Shown: positions 13,901-39,410 of the stretch, in pieces | Position numbering within the stretch: position 1 is the first letter of the stretch | Layout of the letters: each line of letters opens with the position of its first letter | Assembly (NCBI GenBank): GCA_964035545.1 | Contig: OZ037768.1 | Coordinates: 19,637,700-19,701,699, forward strand | DNA length: 64,000 nucleotides | Source: Bugula neritina | Lineage: Eukaryota; Animalia; Bryozoa | Direction of reading: 5' to 3' | The notes under the pieces: model-generated | The model's database searches: none | What the model saw: the letters and a program-made list of their open reading frames with translations, nothing else | What the model was told of the DNA's origin: nothing | Program-made: the position numbers and the translations under genes

Positions 13901-16900
13901 ATCACAATTTACATACAAATGAAAATCATTTCAGGTAGAATACCCATGCTTGTTATCTCATAAATATAAAAACAATAAATTTACTTTTTTCTCCATCTAT
14001 AGGTTTGTTTTCCCAAATGAGTTCCAACTCATTAGCTTCTAAGACTGTCTCAGAAAGTATGGCCGCAACAGCAGCAGCTATGGATATGGCCAACTTGATG
14101 TCCTCTTACAACAGCGCTGCTAGTATGAGTCCTTTATTTCCTCCACTGCTGCCAATGCCTGGTTTACTTGGCAATGGTCAGCCTATGCCTCATGTTCAGA
14201 ACTTGATGAAAGATTTTTATGAACAATCTCTCAAAAAGTATATGGGTATGTAAGCTTTCCTGCAATTACACGCCAACCTTTTTTAGTTTTTTATTTTGTC
14301 ATATTCTTAGTATCTTGTCTGGTCCATATTTTTAATTTTTTTTGTTTTGTAGAAGAGAGCCAAAAACTGAGTGTCGCTCAGCCACCACAAAAGAATGACT
14401 CTGCTGCCTCAACCACTGGCAGCATTGGGTCAACATCTCGGAAAAGGTCGATAACAGTTGACAGCAACGCTGCTCCTACTGTCACTCCTACTCTCACTTC
14501 TCCAACACAGCAGGTAATGCACTCTACAAGTCAGAAATTTCAAGCCAAACTCTCAGCTACTTCTAGTATAGGTGAAGAAGATGCGAGTGCCTGTGACTCA
14601 GACACTGCAGACGACCATGAGTCAGTGATGGGTGACTCAAAAGATAAATCTTGTGGTAGCAGTCAAGGGAGTAACGGCAGAACCATTCAGAACAAGCGAT
14701 ACCGGACCAACCTCACCAATATGCAGATACACATCATGAAGTACATTTTCAAGGAGTACAAGACGCCAACTATGGCAGAATGTGATATTCTCGGCAACTT
14801 CATAGGACTGCAGAAGCGCGTCATTCAAGTTTGGTTTCAGAACGCCAGAGCTAAGGAAAAAAAGAGCAAGCTGATAAGCAACTGCAGCAGCGAGGAGCCA
14901 TTGGTGACGGAATGTGCTCGGTGTGGAGTTGTCTATTCTGCCCAATGCTCCATACAAGAGCACATTTTCTCCCAGCAACATATAAACGAGATACGGAATA
15001 CATTCTCAGGAAAGCTGACAGACTGCGACAAGGACGCATTGAGAAGGCAAGCTGAGGTGAGAAGTTGTGCCCCCAACGCTGCTTGCTTGACCTACATTCT
15101 CGCTGCTGCCTGTGCAATGACTCATAGGCTATGGCTGTCATTAGCTGCTAAACTCTGATGATTGGCTTGCATCACTTGCACTGCTTTTTATTACACCTGG
15201 CTACCGCAAAGAAATAGCACAATGTAGTTTATATAGTTGATTATTTTACTCTCTGCTATTGAAAGTTTGAGACTAGTTTTATATATTCCAAATAATTCAA
15301 ATGAAAATAATCAATTATAGAAATCTATTCTTTTAGTGATTTCAGGTCACATTGCAATATTACCTGTAGTTTGCTTTTTAGCTTATATCTTGCAGCTTAT
15401 TTGCTTTCCCTGTTTATTTATGCTCTACTAATGCGCAATTTTATTTTATATATCACTCTTAAATATATTTTGATTCTGCTTCATTAGATTTTATTGCTGA
15501 TTCATTTTTCTGGTTGTTGAAACCAAAAAGTGCATTTTAGTGTTTCTAACATTTTTAAATACAGAATTACAGAAATTGTGGTAACTTTTTAATGTAAATG
15601 ATTATTTTAGTAAAAAGTATTGAAGTTTCGTTTTATTACATTAATGACACTTTAACTATGTTTATATTTAGACACATAGAGTGCCTCATACCTCCAGAAG
15701 AGTTTCCAGCTCTTTTTCCAAGAAGTCAGAGAATATCCCCAAATTGGGGCTCTTTCCTAACGACTCTACCACTCCCACCGCTATTGGTTAGTATCTTTCT
15801 GAAGTGCAATATTCTAGTTTGTAAACTATTATTATTAATTTCTATAAGATTTTCTCTTTAATATTTTAAGACAATACCTGGTATATAACTACACTTTTAT
15901 CAAGCGTTCTTTAAGTTGTTCATGCATGCATATGCAGCTGGCAATTGTTGACTGCAGAAACCATAACTTCAACAGCTTATCCATTTCTTTATTTCTTAAA
16001 TTGTTTCCATGTCTGTAGATTTAGTTTGCTGATAGAATAAAAAACTTTTTTTAAAACTTCCATAATTGCAAACAACTTGGGAAATTGTCCCAAAGAGCCT
16101 CAATAACATATAGAGACCAGTTGGTGTGTTTTGATTCATTCAACCAAGTTGAGTTGCTAAATGAAACTGACATAACACATGCCTATATTTCATATCATTT
16201 CTTATTGCAGGTAAAGCAAACGATTACCACAATCAGGTCTCCAGAAACCTGCTGTCATCTTTCAACCCTATGAGTGGCATGCTAGGACTACCAGGTGCAG
16301 CAGATATGATGTCACTCATGTGTCCCAGTATGTTGCAACAGATGCCATCTTTCCTTCCCTCATTGCTGCCTGGTTAGTATGACATAGTGCTGTCTTTCTT
16401 GTTGCCTTCAAATCACGATAAATATGCACTACAACTCTTGCTATCTATCCTGCTATTCAATATATACTTAAATATTTTTTTCTAATAGCGGTAACGACTC
16501 AATTTCTGAATACTAAATTCCTTTCCTCAAGGTTTGTAGTGTAACACATGACAACCTACAAAATATTCTAAATTCTCTATACAATTACTCTTCATTATTA
16601 TGTAGGAGGAGCAGATCAGTCATTAGGATTATCTTCTCTCTACAATATGGAGTTTGGCACTCCCCTCAGTGTGTTACAGATACCCCAGGCGTCAATTCAA
16701 TCTATCAGCAGTAAACTAGCTGACACTGACTGCACTGTAGCTGACTATTCCCAAGACTGCTCTACTCTGGAGGATTTGTACAAGTGCATTCCAAGCGAAG
16801 ACATTTGTATCGTCAAACCTACATACGAAGATGTGGGGTGAGAAATATGTCTCTATTGTCTATATGCAGTGACTAGTTGTAGCACGCATATCTTCACTGT

Positions 16901-18148
16901 ATCTCGGTTTGTGATGCGATGAGTCATATTACGCTATAAAAGCCAGTAACTGCGGTATAGAGTGTCATTGTATAAGCAATTTATTTATATAAGCAAAATC
17001 GTTAGCCAATTGACGTTTGCTGTAAATCATTTGAACTCCTATTTTGGTAATATTTATTGAATTAAATTACTAAATACTTGACATACTGACTTCTAAAGCC
17101 ACTTTGAAGTCATTGCTTAGAGGCCCATTACACTGTTTTTCAATGACAAAACCAATTTGCAGTAGAATTTAGAATAATTAATTACTTAAATAGCTTACAT
17201 GTTATATCACAGTTTCTGGGTATCAATTTATGTCTCCCCAGCTGATCCAATAGATAAGGTCTGCAAAGGCTTCGAAGCCAAAAAGTATAGAAATGCATTA
17301 AATGCATTAAATCTGTGGCATGAAAAGCCTGCTAAGTCACCAGTTAGGAAACTTTGTCTGTGTTTGGATAAGTCAAATCAAGTGGCTGTCGTAAAACAAT
17401 AAAGTTGAGCTGATACTTTGAGTCAAGTTTAATCGACTTACAAAAATTGGTTTTATTGACGTCTGATCTTTCAATAAAATTGGAACTTTGGGATTCTGGT
17501 AGAGTTCTTTTAAGACAAAAAGAGTGAAAATTGCTATTTTGCTGAATCTTTTGTAAAGCAGCTGTTTTTATTGAAAATAGCTAATGATGACAGGTAGTGG
17601 AAAATCTACATTTTTCAGGCCATCATTTTTAAATCACTGATTAGTTGTACAGAAACTAAACTGAATGACTCAAATGATCAGTCAAAGCTATTTGCTTGTC
17701 AAACTACTGCCTTTCTAGTATTCACTCAGCACTCAGATATTCAATCATCTGAGGTTTCATTGATGATGCTTGCTCATTAGCAAATCTTTACAACATTAAA
17801 AAAACAAATTAAAATAAGTCCTTATAAGAAATTTATATATCATTTTAAATCAGCGTGGTTTTCTGTTACAGATACGCTTGCAGAAAATGCCAGTTTGTGT
17901 TCCCTCGAAAAGAATCCTGTGAGAGTCACCAGTCTGCCTGCTGTTACGTTGGTAAGCGACGCAGCTCCGACACAACTCTGAAGATAGAACAACTCCAATA
18001 CTCCTGCATCTTGTGCAAAGAAACTCTTTCCACAATACAGGAATTCAAAGCTCACTGTTTGACAGAAGCCCACAGATATAGAAGAACAAAGCTTAATAAC
18101 AACAACAATGACAGCAGCTCATCAGCTAAGAGATTGAGAATTGTATAA
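1970..18148 (+). CDS. zfh2: Zinc finger homeobox protein zfh2/ZFHX3-ZFHX4 family, 5'-partial multi-exon gene
   Basis: Phase-consistent GT-AG exons: 1970-2146, 3626-3706, 4147-4456, 5703-5801, 6368-6542, 7334-7521, 8001-8275, 8357-8530, 9210-9446, 10507-10742, 11704-11920, 12149-12328, 13008-13128, 14003-14245, 14353-15056, 15672-15786, 16211-16372, 16606-16837, 17872-18148 (TAA). Encodes C2H2 fingers and ZFHX-type homeodomains [73 protein letters not shown] and [29 protein letters not shown]. Start lies upstream of the window. Confidence 0.93.
4946..5057. repeat. 22-bp tandem minisatellite (about 5 copies), intronic
   Basis: Repeated GCCTCTGTATATTTTACTCAAT-like units. Confidence 0.8.
9530..9850 (+). 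mobile_element. Degenerate 3' fragment of an RTE-clade LINE, in a zfh2 intron
   Basis: Translates as [18 protein letters not shown]...[27 protein letters not shown], resembling the RTE ORF C-terminus (RLRWYGHVLRRD...RGRPKRRWMD..KEDM..G...EDA); purine-rich end; internal stop. Boundaries approximate. Confidence 0.6.
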
Positions 18149-18984
18149 AAACATAATATGATATTTTATAAATCTGTATGCAGTATATTATACACACTGG
18201 TGCCTTTAATTTCAATATATATGTTACTATTAGTAGACACAAAGAGGGAAGTGGGTTAAATTGTCTTAATAATCAATTTCATAGAATATTTTTGTTAGTT
18301 TGTTTAAGATTATTTGCATTAATAACAAACCGACACATTAGCACCTGATTTATTATAAAACCAGAATTATTGGAAGTTGTCATCCCATAGCAATTTAATT
18401 TAAGTCGACTAATTTATAGTAACCAATACTTAGAGGAGACAATTCCCGGATATGTTTCAATCACCATTTTTCAAAATAGGTTATTTCTGTAGCCATTAGT
18501 TATTACTGTGTTTAGGAAAGTATATAAAATATGTGTTGAAATGATGTAATAGATATTATATTTTTGTATTTGTTAATAATTCTAACCCTGGCACAATCAT
18601 AAAAATAGTGTAGCTGTAGATTTATGGTTTATAGAAATTTGTATTAGCAGCATATGTGATGTGACCCATAACTCCCGAATAATATATATGTAACCTAAAT
18701 TTTCTACTTCCTAGTATGTCGATTCTTATGTTTTACTTTTTTGAAGTTGTCTTCTCAATCTAAGCTCGAAACGATTATGTAACAGTAACAAATCAATGTC
18801 TAGTTGTAGAAAAATTTGTGTCTTTATATTATTTCAGTTGTTATACAGCCTGTCAGTATTCTAACTGGCCTCTAAATTTCTTCTAGATTCCTCTATATAT
18901 TGCAGCACATTATTTTGTATTTTTTTGTCATTGAATGACTTTATAATTTTTTTACTAATACACATAACAAATGGCCGGTTTTTT

Positions 18985-19125
18985 AGGCTTGGTTCACATT
19001 TGCTTTACTTCTGGTAAAATCTATAGCTCCCAACTAAGCAACTGTTAGAGTTTATATAAATCAGATGGAAGAGTTTGAGTAACTTATAGCCTATTGACGT
19101 AGTAAAGCAAATGTAAACTATGCCT
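18985..19125. mobile_element. Short inverted-repeat (MITE-like) element downstream of the zfh2 stop
   Basis: AGGCTTGGTTCACATTTGCTTTACT (18985-19009) pairs with AGTAAAGCAAATGTAAACTATGCCT (19101-19125), 22/25 match; no clean target-site duplication. Confidence 0.55.
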
Positions 19126-20121
19126 GGGTAGACTGGCCACTACTTTCTCTACTAGTCTTCCTTGTCATAACAAACAATGGGCTCATTAATTATTTTTGTA
19201 GCAGCATTGTATACTTGTATATATAATTGTAATGCATAGCATTTATACTAAAATAGGATACATTTGATATTACTACTAATAAACTCTTACTGCTTGTTAT
19301 TATGAATATTCTTATTTCCACTACTGTTACTTTGACCTTCCATTAGCCTCCATGGGCCTTTAGGTCTGTTACAACCACTGAACTAAAACTATAGTTCAAT
19401 GGTCACGCCCTTCTACTAGTCTCCATAGACTAACCAATGGCTAATATTCAGCTTATTGTTGACCTGTTCGGCAACTATTATACAATGTGTAAATACAACT
19501 GTTATGGGTGAGAATATGGTGCTTCACTGTCCACTTACAATGGTTTTTGCACCAAAGATTTATTGCCTCTTGAGATAAGAGAGTAGCATTATAACTTGCT
19601 GATAAGCTATAGTTACCAGGGTGGGTAGTTTACACACACAGCCGCTGAAAAATAACTCCTTTATTCCTAGTAGTTGATGTTTCTAAGCACACAACTGTCT
19701 ACAACAGTAAGTCATACTATGTGTGATAGATAGCCTTAATAGTAGTGCGTGGCCCTTTACGGACAATCTCTTTGGTGCAGTGCCAATTAAAAGCTGGTCA
19801 AGCTCTGATTTGTTACTTCGTATTGCTTCAAGTTTTGATTGGCTAAAAACAGCAATCGCATTTCTTGACTACGAGGTCTTGGAAAAATATTACTCTGAAG
19901 GTGTATCTGCGTGACATTGAATGCTTTTCCAATCGGCATATTAAAAGCCTAGATTGCTAGAGGCATGCTTGATGAAACATTGTAAGGCACGATAGCTGTA
20001 CGACATGCTAGCTTACTGAGTGGCACTCTTGAGCAAGTTGTTGTGTAGATTCCTGAGCTGACAAGCTACAACCTTAGTCTACCCTTCACCCTCTAGATGT
20101 TAGGATACTATAAGGAATAAT

Positions 20122-31461
<11,340 letters not shown>

Positions 31462-32101
31462 GTCCAGAAAATCACCAATTGTACCAATCTAGTCAATTGA
31501 ATATTTATATTATTAGTGTAAATTAAATAAATAATATTTATCCATGATTGTACCATGTTATAATAATGTGATAGACTTGTACAAACTTCAAGTCTAAAAA
31601 TTCATAATATTATTATAATAATGTAAAGAATTTAATATTCTCTCAAATATTATGTGTATGAAGTTTGTGTAATAATAAAGTCTGTATTATCAGCTAAGTC
31701 CTAAGAGATTAGAAATAAAAACTGTTATTCTTTTATGCGACGACTCATGCATTCTGGACAATGGTTATATGACTCACATAAAATGACAAGAATGAATGAG
31801 ATTGTCAGCTCTGAGTGAGATTGGCAGCACTGGGTAAGAATGGCAGCACTGAACAAGGCCAGTGGCAGACTACCCGATGAAGCACACTAATGGTGCGCAA
31901 TATGCCGATAGTTATTTGTGTTCTGACATCAATTTGATTTTTCTATTAAAGTTACGTTCTGCTGATGAGAATAGGTTGAGACTCAGTGATGACTGAATGA
32001 CTTGAAATGAAACCAGACTCACGAGTCATAGCTGCCATGTTTTGCTACTTTTAAAGCTGTCATTTTCAGTGTGTGAATTTGACAAGCACTGTCAGGTGGC
32101 T

Positions 32102-35100
32102 CTAAGCTCTAAAGTTGAAGGATCTGAAATAATAAAACTTGCCTTTAATTTCTAAAAAACACATATTTGTACAGAGTTGAATGTAATTGCCATGATTTTG
32201 TCAATTATAAATTAAAAGCCTATACAATTTTTTGGCAACAATAATTGTTGATTAGCTCATTTAGCTGTAGTCGTGAAGAAATCTTAATAGCACAAGTTTT
32301 TTATTTTCTTAATAAATTTTGGTTTGGGGCGTGGGTTGAAATTCTTGTGAGAACATTATACTTTGTTTGCTATATTTTTCATTTAGACCACAGGCGTTTC
32401 TCAATTTCTACCTTAGACGGTTGCTGTTATTGCAACTACCGATATTACTCAATTGTTTCCAACTGTTTAAATGCATGAATTAGGTTTGAAAGGCAGGTAT
32501 ATAATAGCAATAGAATATCCCACTGTCGTGACAACACTGTCTGCATCTAAATACAATATAGGATCACACAAAGCACACTCACCCAAGGAAATCAGGGCAC
32601 TTGGACAGCATCAACTCAAACTCTACTTCACTCAACTTTTTATCTTCATCCAAATCCGATTCTTCTATAATATTAGTTAATAGATACACAAATGAGGCAA
32701 AGTGTATGCTATACAGTATTACACTATAGAGTATGTAGTGCTATAATATAACTGTTTGTACTAATTATCCCTATATTCGCATTGTAAATTTTATAAGCAC
32801 TATTTTAGAGGGCGTTGATCTATAATAACCAACCTGGCAGCTAAATATGTGATAAATATTCAAATAGCAGTGAAATTAGATTTTAAACTTTTAAACTGTT
32901 ATTTCTGTTTATAGACTAGATATTCTAGATTATTTTGCCAATTGAAAATTGCAGATTATAGATTATTCCACTGAACCAGCTAAATTAACCCCACAATAAC
33001 TATTTACCAGTTCGCACATGACAACAACTTCATTGCCATAAACACTGTCAGTCGCTAGATATCACTTGCCTATGATCTTTGCTGTAATATAATCCAGTTC
33101 CTCTCTGTCCAGCTCGTAGTTGGTTATGTAATTCAGAGCAGTATCCATATCCGAAGAGTTCAAATACCCATCACCATCAGAATCTAATGTATGAAGTTGC
33201 ACAGCAATTACATTGATTTAACTTTAAAAATCTAGCATATGAAGATCAATGAATGTTTTCATGTTTTTTGACCCAAGACTTATAGGGCAAATAAGAAGAG
33301 ATTAAGTTGGCATAAGTTGAAACACATTCAAGACAACTTCAATGCATGTGTGTATATAGTGTGTATTACTGTATATAGTGTGTATTACTATATAGTGTGT
33401 ATTACTATACAGTGTGTATTACTATATATAGTGTGTATTACTATGTAGTGTGTGCTACTGTATATAGTGTGTATTACTGTGTACAGTGTGTATTACTGTA
33501 TAGTGTGTATTACTATAATATATAGTGTGTATTACTGTATAGTGTGTATTACTATGTAGTGTGTATTACTATATATAGTGTGTATTACTATGCATGTAGT
33601 GTGTATTACTATGTATTGTGTATTACTATATAGTGTGTATTACTATATAGTGTGTGCTACTATATAGTGTGCAATACTATGTAGTGTGTATTACTGTATA
33701 TAGTGTGTATTACTATGTAGTGTGTATTACTATGTAGTGTGTATTACTATGTAGTGTGTATTACTATGTAGTGTGTATTACTATATACTATATAGTGTGT
33801 ATTACTATGTAGTGTGTATTACTATGTAGTGTGTATTACTATGTAGTGTGTATTACTATGTAGTGTGTATTACTATGTAGTGTGTATTACTATATACTAT
33901 ATAGTGTGTATTACTATGTAGTGTGTATTACTATGTACTGTGTATTACTATATAGTGTGTATTACTATGTAGTGTGTATTACTGTATATAGTGTGTATTA
34001 CTATGTAGTGTGTATTACTGTGTACAGTGTGTATTACTGTATAGTGTGTATTACTATGTAGTGTGTATTACTATGTAGTGTGTATTACTATGTAGTGTGT
34101 ATTACTATATACTATATAGTGTGTATTACTATGTAGTGTGTATTACTATGTAGTGTGTATTACTATGTAGTGTGTATTACTATGTAGTGTGTATTACTAT
34201 GTACTGTGTATTACTATATAGTGTGTATTACTATGTAGTGTGTATTACTGTATATAGTGTGTATTACTATGTAGTGTGTATTACTGTGTACAGTGTGTAT
34301 TACTGTATAGTGTGTATTACTATGTAGTGTGTATTACTATGTAGTGTGTATTACTATATAGTGTGTATTACTGTATAGTGTGTATTACTATGTAGTGTGT
34401 ATTACTATGTAGTGTGTATTACTATGTAGTGTGTATTACTGTATAGTGTGTATTACTATGTAGTGTGTGCTACTATATAGTGTGCAATACTATGTAGTGT
34501 GTATTACTGTGTACAGTGTGTATTACTGTATAGTGTGTATTACTATAATATATAGTGTGTATTACTGTATATAGTGTGTATTACTATGTAGTGTGTATTA
34601 CTATATAATGTGTATTACTATACAGTGTGTGTTCATTCACCCAAAGTGAAGTGAAGACTTCCAGTTGCCTACCGTGTATCTTGAAGCAATAGTATGACTT
34701 GAGCTCCCGGGGGGACAACTCACACATTACTGATAACATGTTGATGAAGTCATTGAAGCACATATTCCCACTGGCATCTTCTGTGAAGACCTTCAGAATT
34801 TGATCTTGAAAAGGATTCTCCTACCAAACAAACAAAATGTTGAAACAAACTGATGATTACAAACATAGGAAGGAGTTGAGGAGATTTGGTTACTTACAAT
34901 TTAGCTTTGGGTGCTGATAATAGGTTAATATGGGCTGGTGGGCTCCTGAACCTATCCATCAATACAGCAGTATATGAGATTTAAAGCTAGGTTTATACAT
35001 GGTAAGTTTTGCAAGTGTATAAATTATGCAGTCCAGTCTGCGTTACAAACTGCTTGTTAAGTTTTTAAGTTTAAAAGACAAATATATTACATCATACGAT

Positions 35101-36311
35101 ACATTGAATACACAAGTCACACCTTAAGTTCTGAGATCTGCTTCATCCTAGCCTTAGGAATCTTGAGAGAGAAGAGTTGATCTGCATCCATGTACTGGGG
35201 CAGCTGGTCGGGCATTATAGCTCTAAATCTGTGATATATTCTGTAAAGTACATACGTGTATATTATATCATGTGCTAGATTCATACGCTTACATCCTTTA
35301 CGTTAGAAAATGTGAACTCTGTATGCATGTAATATTAGATTATATGATGTAAGTATGCTAGCCACTGAAAAAGAAGATTTTTTAATTTTAAATTTATTTG
35401 CAGTAAGTTGAGAATGTTTATTATTTCATATTTTATGAAATTGCTGTGTAAAACTTAACAACAAGTGGAGAAAAGCTGACCAGCTGAGAAAAACAGTCCT
35501 ATACGATATGCAGCAGATATAAATGCTTTCAAGGTTCTTTGACTGTATTTAGTCATTTCTGGCACTAAGCAAGCTTTTAATAGCAGTCAGTAAATTGTGT
35601 CTAGCAAATCATGATTATAGGACAGTCGATTGTAATTCTGCAGTAAATGTTTACCTTAATATCTCTTGCTTGTTAAAATAGGTACAGTCCTACAAAACAG
35701 CACACATATATGTTCTTATATAAATTTATATAAACTCACATGTTGAAAGCTTTTTTAATGACTGAATATTTTACTCATGAGCTCAAAATATTTAAGATAT
35801 TGGTCTATTATATAACTTGTAATATTATACAACTTGTACTAATTTTTTTCCTACAATCCATTGCCGTTGCAGGTTCTAAATAAAAAAAGAATGTGTGCTC
35901 AAACAGGTTTAAAGCATGAATTATGAAACCATTTTATTTTATTCGATGTGTTTATAATAAAGTACAGTGCATTTGGATTATACTTATAAATAACTTATAC
36001 CAATTTATTATAGCAACGTATATATATAGCAATGTATAGAGCAAAATTCAGCATGCTCATGTACAGACATCTGACTCAAGTTATACTTTATATAACTTAC
36101 TCACAAACTGCTCTAACATATGAAACATACATGTAACTGACTAGGATAATTATAAGCATGCGTATAATTATGCATACTGCTTATAATTATAGAAATTACT
36201 CTTACAGTTCTATAGTGATTGCTGCCTATAACTACGAGTTAAAACATACTGTGAACAAACCTGGTACGCCTCCATCTGCTCACTAGTGAACACAGATTTG
36301 TTATTACCCAT
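32102..36311 (-). CDS. Calcium- and integrin-binding (CIB2/CIB3-like) EF-hand protein, 189 aa
   Basis: Minus exons 36311-36261, 35689-35655, 35240-35123, 34820-34673, 33183-33070, 32664-32583, 32123-32102. MGNNKSVFTSEQMEAYQDCTYFNKQEILR...ELKENPF...EF-hands DSDGDGYLNSSD and DLDEDKKLSEVEF...PDFLGSFNFRA*. Intron 5 requires a GC donor (AG/GCAAGT). Confidence 0.9.
33350..34631. repeat. 17-bp tandem minisatellite (TAGTGTGTATTACTATG), about 1.3 kb, CIB intron 4
   Basis: Seen directly; 16-21 bp length variants. Confidence 0.97.
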
Positions 36312-36573
36312 GATATAATACTTTGATCAGTAAAGTTGTTCCACACTTGTACTTCAGAGGAGCTTCACCGCTTATAATATACTGATGAATGTGTGTTGAA
36401 TGCAAGTGGTTGAATATTTGTATATGTTTTATATATTATTCCCAGTAGAATCATTCAATAAGTCAAAGAAACTATGGTTTTAGTCTCTTGGTACTATATA
36501 ATCTTTAGCTGGGATAAGCTATCTACACTCAACTATAGAGCTATTGCAAGCAATACTATTCTGTCTAGAGAGT

Positions 36574-36719
36574 TGCTATAAGCAGCCCGACCAAAGTTGG
36601 GAGTGACTGAGTGCAATAGTTGAAAGTTGTTGAGTTGGGGGTTTAAGTTGGAACTTTGAACTTCCCTAACTCGAGACCCCAAACTACTGCAGTGACATTA
36701 GTTTGGGCGGCTTATAGCA
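36574..36719. repeat. Inverted repeat, possible degenerate MITE, upstream of CIB
   Basis: TGCTATAAGCAGCCCGAC pairs imperfectly with GTTTGGGCGGCTTATAGCA. Confidence 0.45.
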
Positions 36720-37044
36720 GATTTCCTGTTTCTAGGCTGCTTTTTACAGCAAATAGAGCAATGGTTAGTCACCACTGATATCTTCATCAGCTAACGTGGG
36801 ACCAGGAATGCCTGGTATGTTTAGTAATGTACAGTAGTGTGAGCTACCAGATGTGAGGAAGACTCACAAACTTACAAAACTAATGCACTAGTAAGGCAGC
36901 TTTCACATTAGCTGCCACTTAACAGGCTTATAGAAGCAGAGACAGCACTGGTGTGATTATTAGTGCATTCCTTTATTATGACTCATTTTTACATGTTTAC
37001 GAAATGTTTAAAATAAAACACAACTGCTGGTGGTAAATTCTGAA

Positions 37045-39020
<1,976 letters not shown>

Positions 39021-39236
39021 CTTTGAAAGGAAAATAAACCATCTCTGATGTTCCTGATATTCAATTTATAACTAAGAGTTGTGCCCTCTTTAGCAGGTAT
39101 ATACTTTAACCTCATTATATAGAGCAGTTTCATTAAAAACTTTAAACTTGTTTGACTCCTACATTGAAACCAAACTATGCTATATACTTGTTCCCTTGAT
39201 TATACATTGAGTATTAGGGACATTGGAGCACATTAA

Positions 39237-39327
39237 TATGTATGTCAGCTTAGTGAGATATGGAGAGAGCACTGTATTATGTATGTCAGCTTAGTAAGAT
39301 ATGGAGGGAGCACTGTAGTATGTGTGT
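39237..39327. repeat. Tandem duplication (about 41 bp, two copies) containing the MITE terminal repeat
   Basis: TATGTATGTCAGCTTAGT(G/A)AGATATGGAG(A/G)GAGCACTGTA occurs twice. Confidence 0.75.
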
Positions 39328-39410
39328 CAACGAACCTCACATAACATCTTGAGTCATATAATATCCAACTACTTCAGCAGTAAACTCAGAGTAATAACAA
39401 CATGTAATAC

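Noticed and set aside
33061-33072. Premature stop suggesting a CIB pseudogene
   Set aside because: Removed by a consensus GC donor; downstream exons are intact and in phase.
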